DNA of 64,000 nucleotides from Hemiscyllium ocellatum. Lineage: Eukaryota. Under the pieces are notes generated by a model. That model searched no databases and was not told the origin of the DNA. It saw nothing but the letters and a program-made list of their open reading frames with translations. The stretch lies in assembly GCF_020745735.1 (NCBI RefSeq), contig NC_083411.1:87158328-87222327 (forward strand). Reading direction: 5' to 3'. The translations under genes and the position numbers were made by a program. This document shows positions 62,102-64,000 of this stretch, in pieces. The stretch's first letter is position 1. Each line of letters starts with the position of its first letter.

Positions 62102-63063
62102 AGAAGGTGTACCTGGAAAGTACTTCAATGTTAGTCAAGATTGGTTGGAGTTGGGAAAATATAGAAATTAAACATTGAGAATTTGAGTCACCATGCTCAG
62201 GTAAGGGGAAAAATTGAGAAGGCAAGTACTTCATGGTAACCTCAACTGTTATGGAAATTGAACACAGACTGTTGGCATCACAAGCTGCTGTCCAGTAAAC
62301 TGAGTTACTGACATTTGTCTGCTACAGATACAAAAATTGATTGTGTAGAAAATCAAGGAAAGAATAGAGAAAAGGTATGCAATCTCTATAAAGGATGTCA
62401 TATCTTACTCTGGCAAGGTTGGCCTTAAACACTGTGCTCAAACGATGAGCGTTTGGAGAAGTAATTGTGAAAAATAATGCTGGTACACTTGACAACCTCA
62501 TTTATGAAGGGGAAGGGAAATCCAAGCAGTTTAGCAATGGTGGAATGAGATACAATTTTGATGAATTATGATGCTACAAATGTGGGTTGTAGGAATGTTA
62601 TTTCATTTTAAGGAATTGGGTTGGAAGAGGATTAATGCAGCAAAAAAAATAAAAGCCTCCCCATCCTGTGCTTTGAGTAGCACAGACATGCTGCTGACCT
62701 TGGCTTTCCACAAATAGTGACAAGTTGACATTTCTCTCCTGATTAGAATTCATTGTGTCCTGCTGGAAAGTGTACATTCATAGATTGTAGCTGAGGATGT
62801 GATTGGACATGACTGTGATGCCACTCCCTCTCTCTGAAGTCAAATTACCTGCTGTTTTTCATTACATGCATGCCTTACATAAAGCACAGGAGGGCAGTGA
62901 GAATCTGAATCACTGTCTTCAGCAAGGGAGAAAATTGGACAAAGAAAATTTAGGAAGATTTATTAGGTCAATCTTTATAGAATCGTTGAACAAGTGCAGC
63001 ACAGAAAATGCTATTTTTGCCCATTGAGTTTGTTCTGACTTTTTGGAAAAGCATTCTAGTTAC

Positions 63064-64000
63064 AGAATCATAGAAATATACAGTATGGAAACAGACCCTT
63101 TGGTCCCACTCGTCTGTGCTGCATAGATATCCTAACCTAATCTCGTCCCATTTGCCAGCACTTCTCCCATAACCCCCTCAATACTACTTATTCATATACC
63201 CATACAAGTGCCTTTCAAATGCAGTAATTGTGCCAGCCTCCATCATTTCCTCTGGCAGCTCATTCCATACGTGTACCACCCTCTGTCTGAAAACGTTGCT
63301 CCTTAGCTTCCTTTTGTATCTTTCCCCTCTCATCCTGAATCTGTGCCCTCTAGTTCTGGATTCCCTCATCCCAGGGAAAAGACCTTGTCTGTTTCTCCTA
63401 TCCATGCCCCTCATAATTTTGTAAACCTCTATAAGGTCACCCCTCAGCCTCCGACGCTCCAGGAAAAACAGCCCCAGCCTGTTCAGCCTCTCCCTTTGGC
63501 TCAAATCCTCCAACCCTGGCAACATCCGTGTAAATCTTTTCTGAACTCTTTCAAATTTCACACCATCCTTCCAATTTATCTAAATCTGCGATTTATCTAA
63601 ATCTGCCATTGCTGAGCCTATTGGCCCATTTGATCAAGATCCTGTTGATCTGAGGTAATCTAAGGTAACCTTTTTTGCTGTCCTCTACATTCCCAATTTT
63701 GGTGATATCTGCAAATTAACTAACTTTTATCTCCTAAGCTTACATCTGAATCATTTATCTAAATGATGAAAAGCAGTGGGCCAGCATCAATCCTTGTGGT
63801 ACATCACTGGTCTGAAAAGCAGCCCTCCACCACCAGCCTCTGTGTTCTGCCTTCGAGCCAGTTCTATCCAAATGGCTAGTTCTCCCTGTATTTCATGAGA
63901 TATAACCTTGCTCACCAATCTACATGAAAAACCTTGTCAAATGCCTAACTGAAGTCCAGATAGATCGCACCTACGCTAGTCCTACTTGCCTGATCTTTTT
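63064..64000 (-). mobile_element. CR1 3' fragment
   Basis: ERVQKRFTRMLPGLEDLS...WNELPEE. Confidence 0.85.

Noticed and set aside
1-64000. CRISPR array or prokaryotic operon
   Set aside because: Sequence is eukaryotic (spliced gene, LINEs, SINEs); no regularly spaced direct repeats

Overview
Repeat-rich vertebrate genomic DNA, most likely from a shark (inferred from an HE1-type V-SINE, Deu-domain-like SINEs, abundant CR1 LINEs and Penelope-like elements). The one host gene I can fully read is PLA2G12A (group XIIA secretory phospholipase A2) on the + strand. It has four coding exons (11914-12112, 19906-19982, 23986-24151, 27874-27992) that splice into a 186-aa protein with an intact HD catalytic dyad. 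A probable non-coding first exon and promoter lies near 3770-4022. A second CpG-island promoter with a ZNF143-type motif and a splice donor (~60050-60660) starts another + strand gene, probably CASP6 on mammalian synteny alone. The rest is mostly transposons: a near-full-length CR1 carrying a TSD-bounded solo LTR at its 5' end, many CR1 3' fragments, Penelope-like elements (PLEs), Gypsy, L1-like and hAT remnants, and SINEs. The most striking pattern is a recurring set of TSD-bounded fold-back (inverted-repeat) PLE insertions with more than ten minimal hammerhead-ribozyme cores, plus a ~400-bp spacer-less palindrome in the downstream gene's first intron. Repeat boundaries were read by eye and are approximate unless a TSD is quoted.
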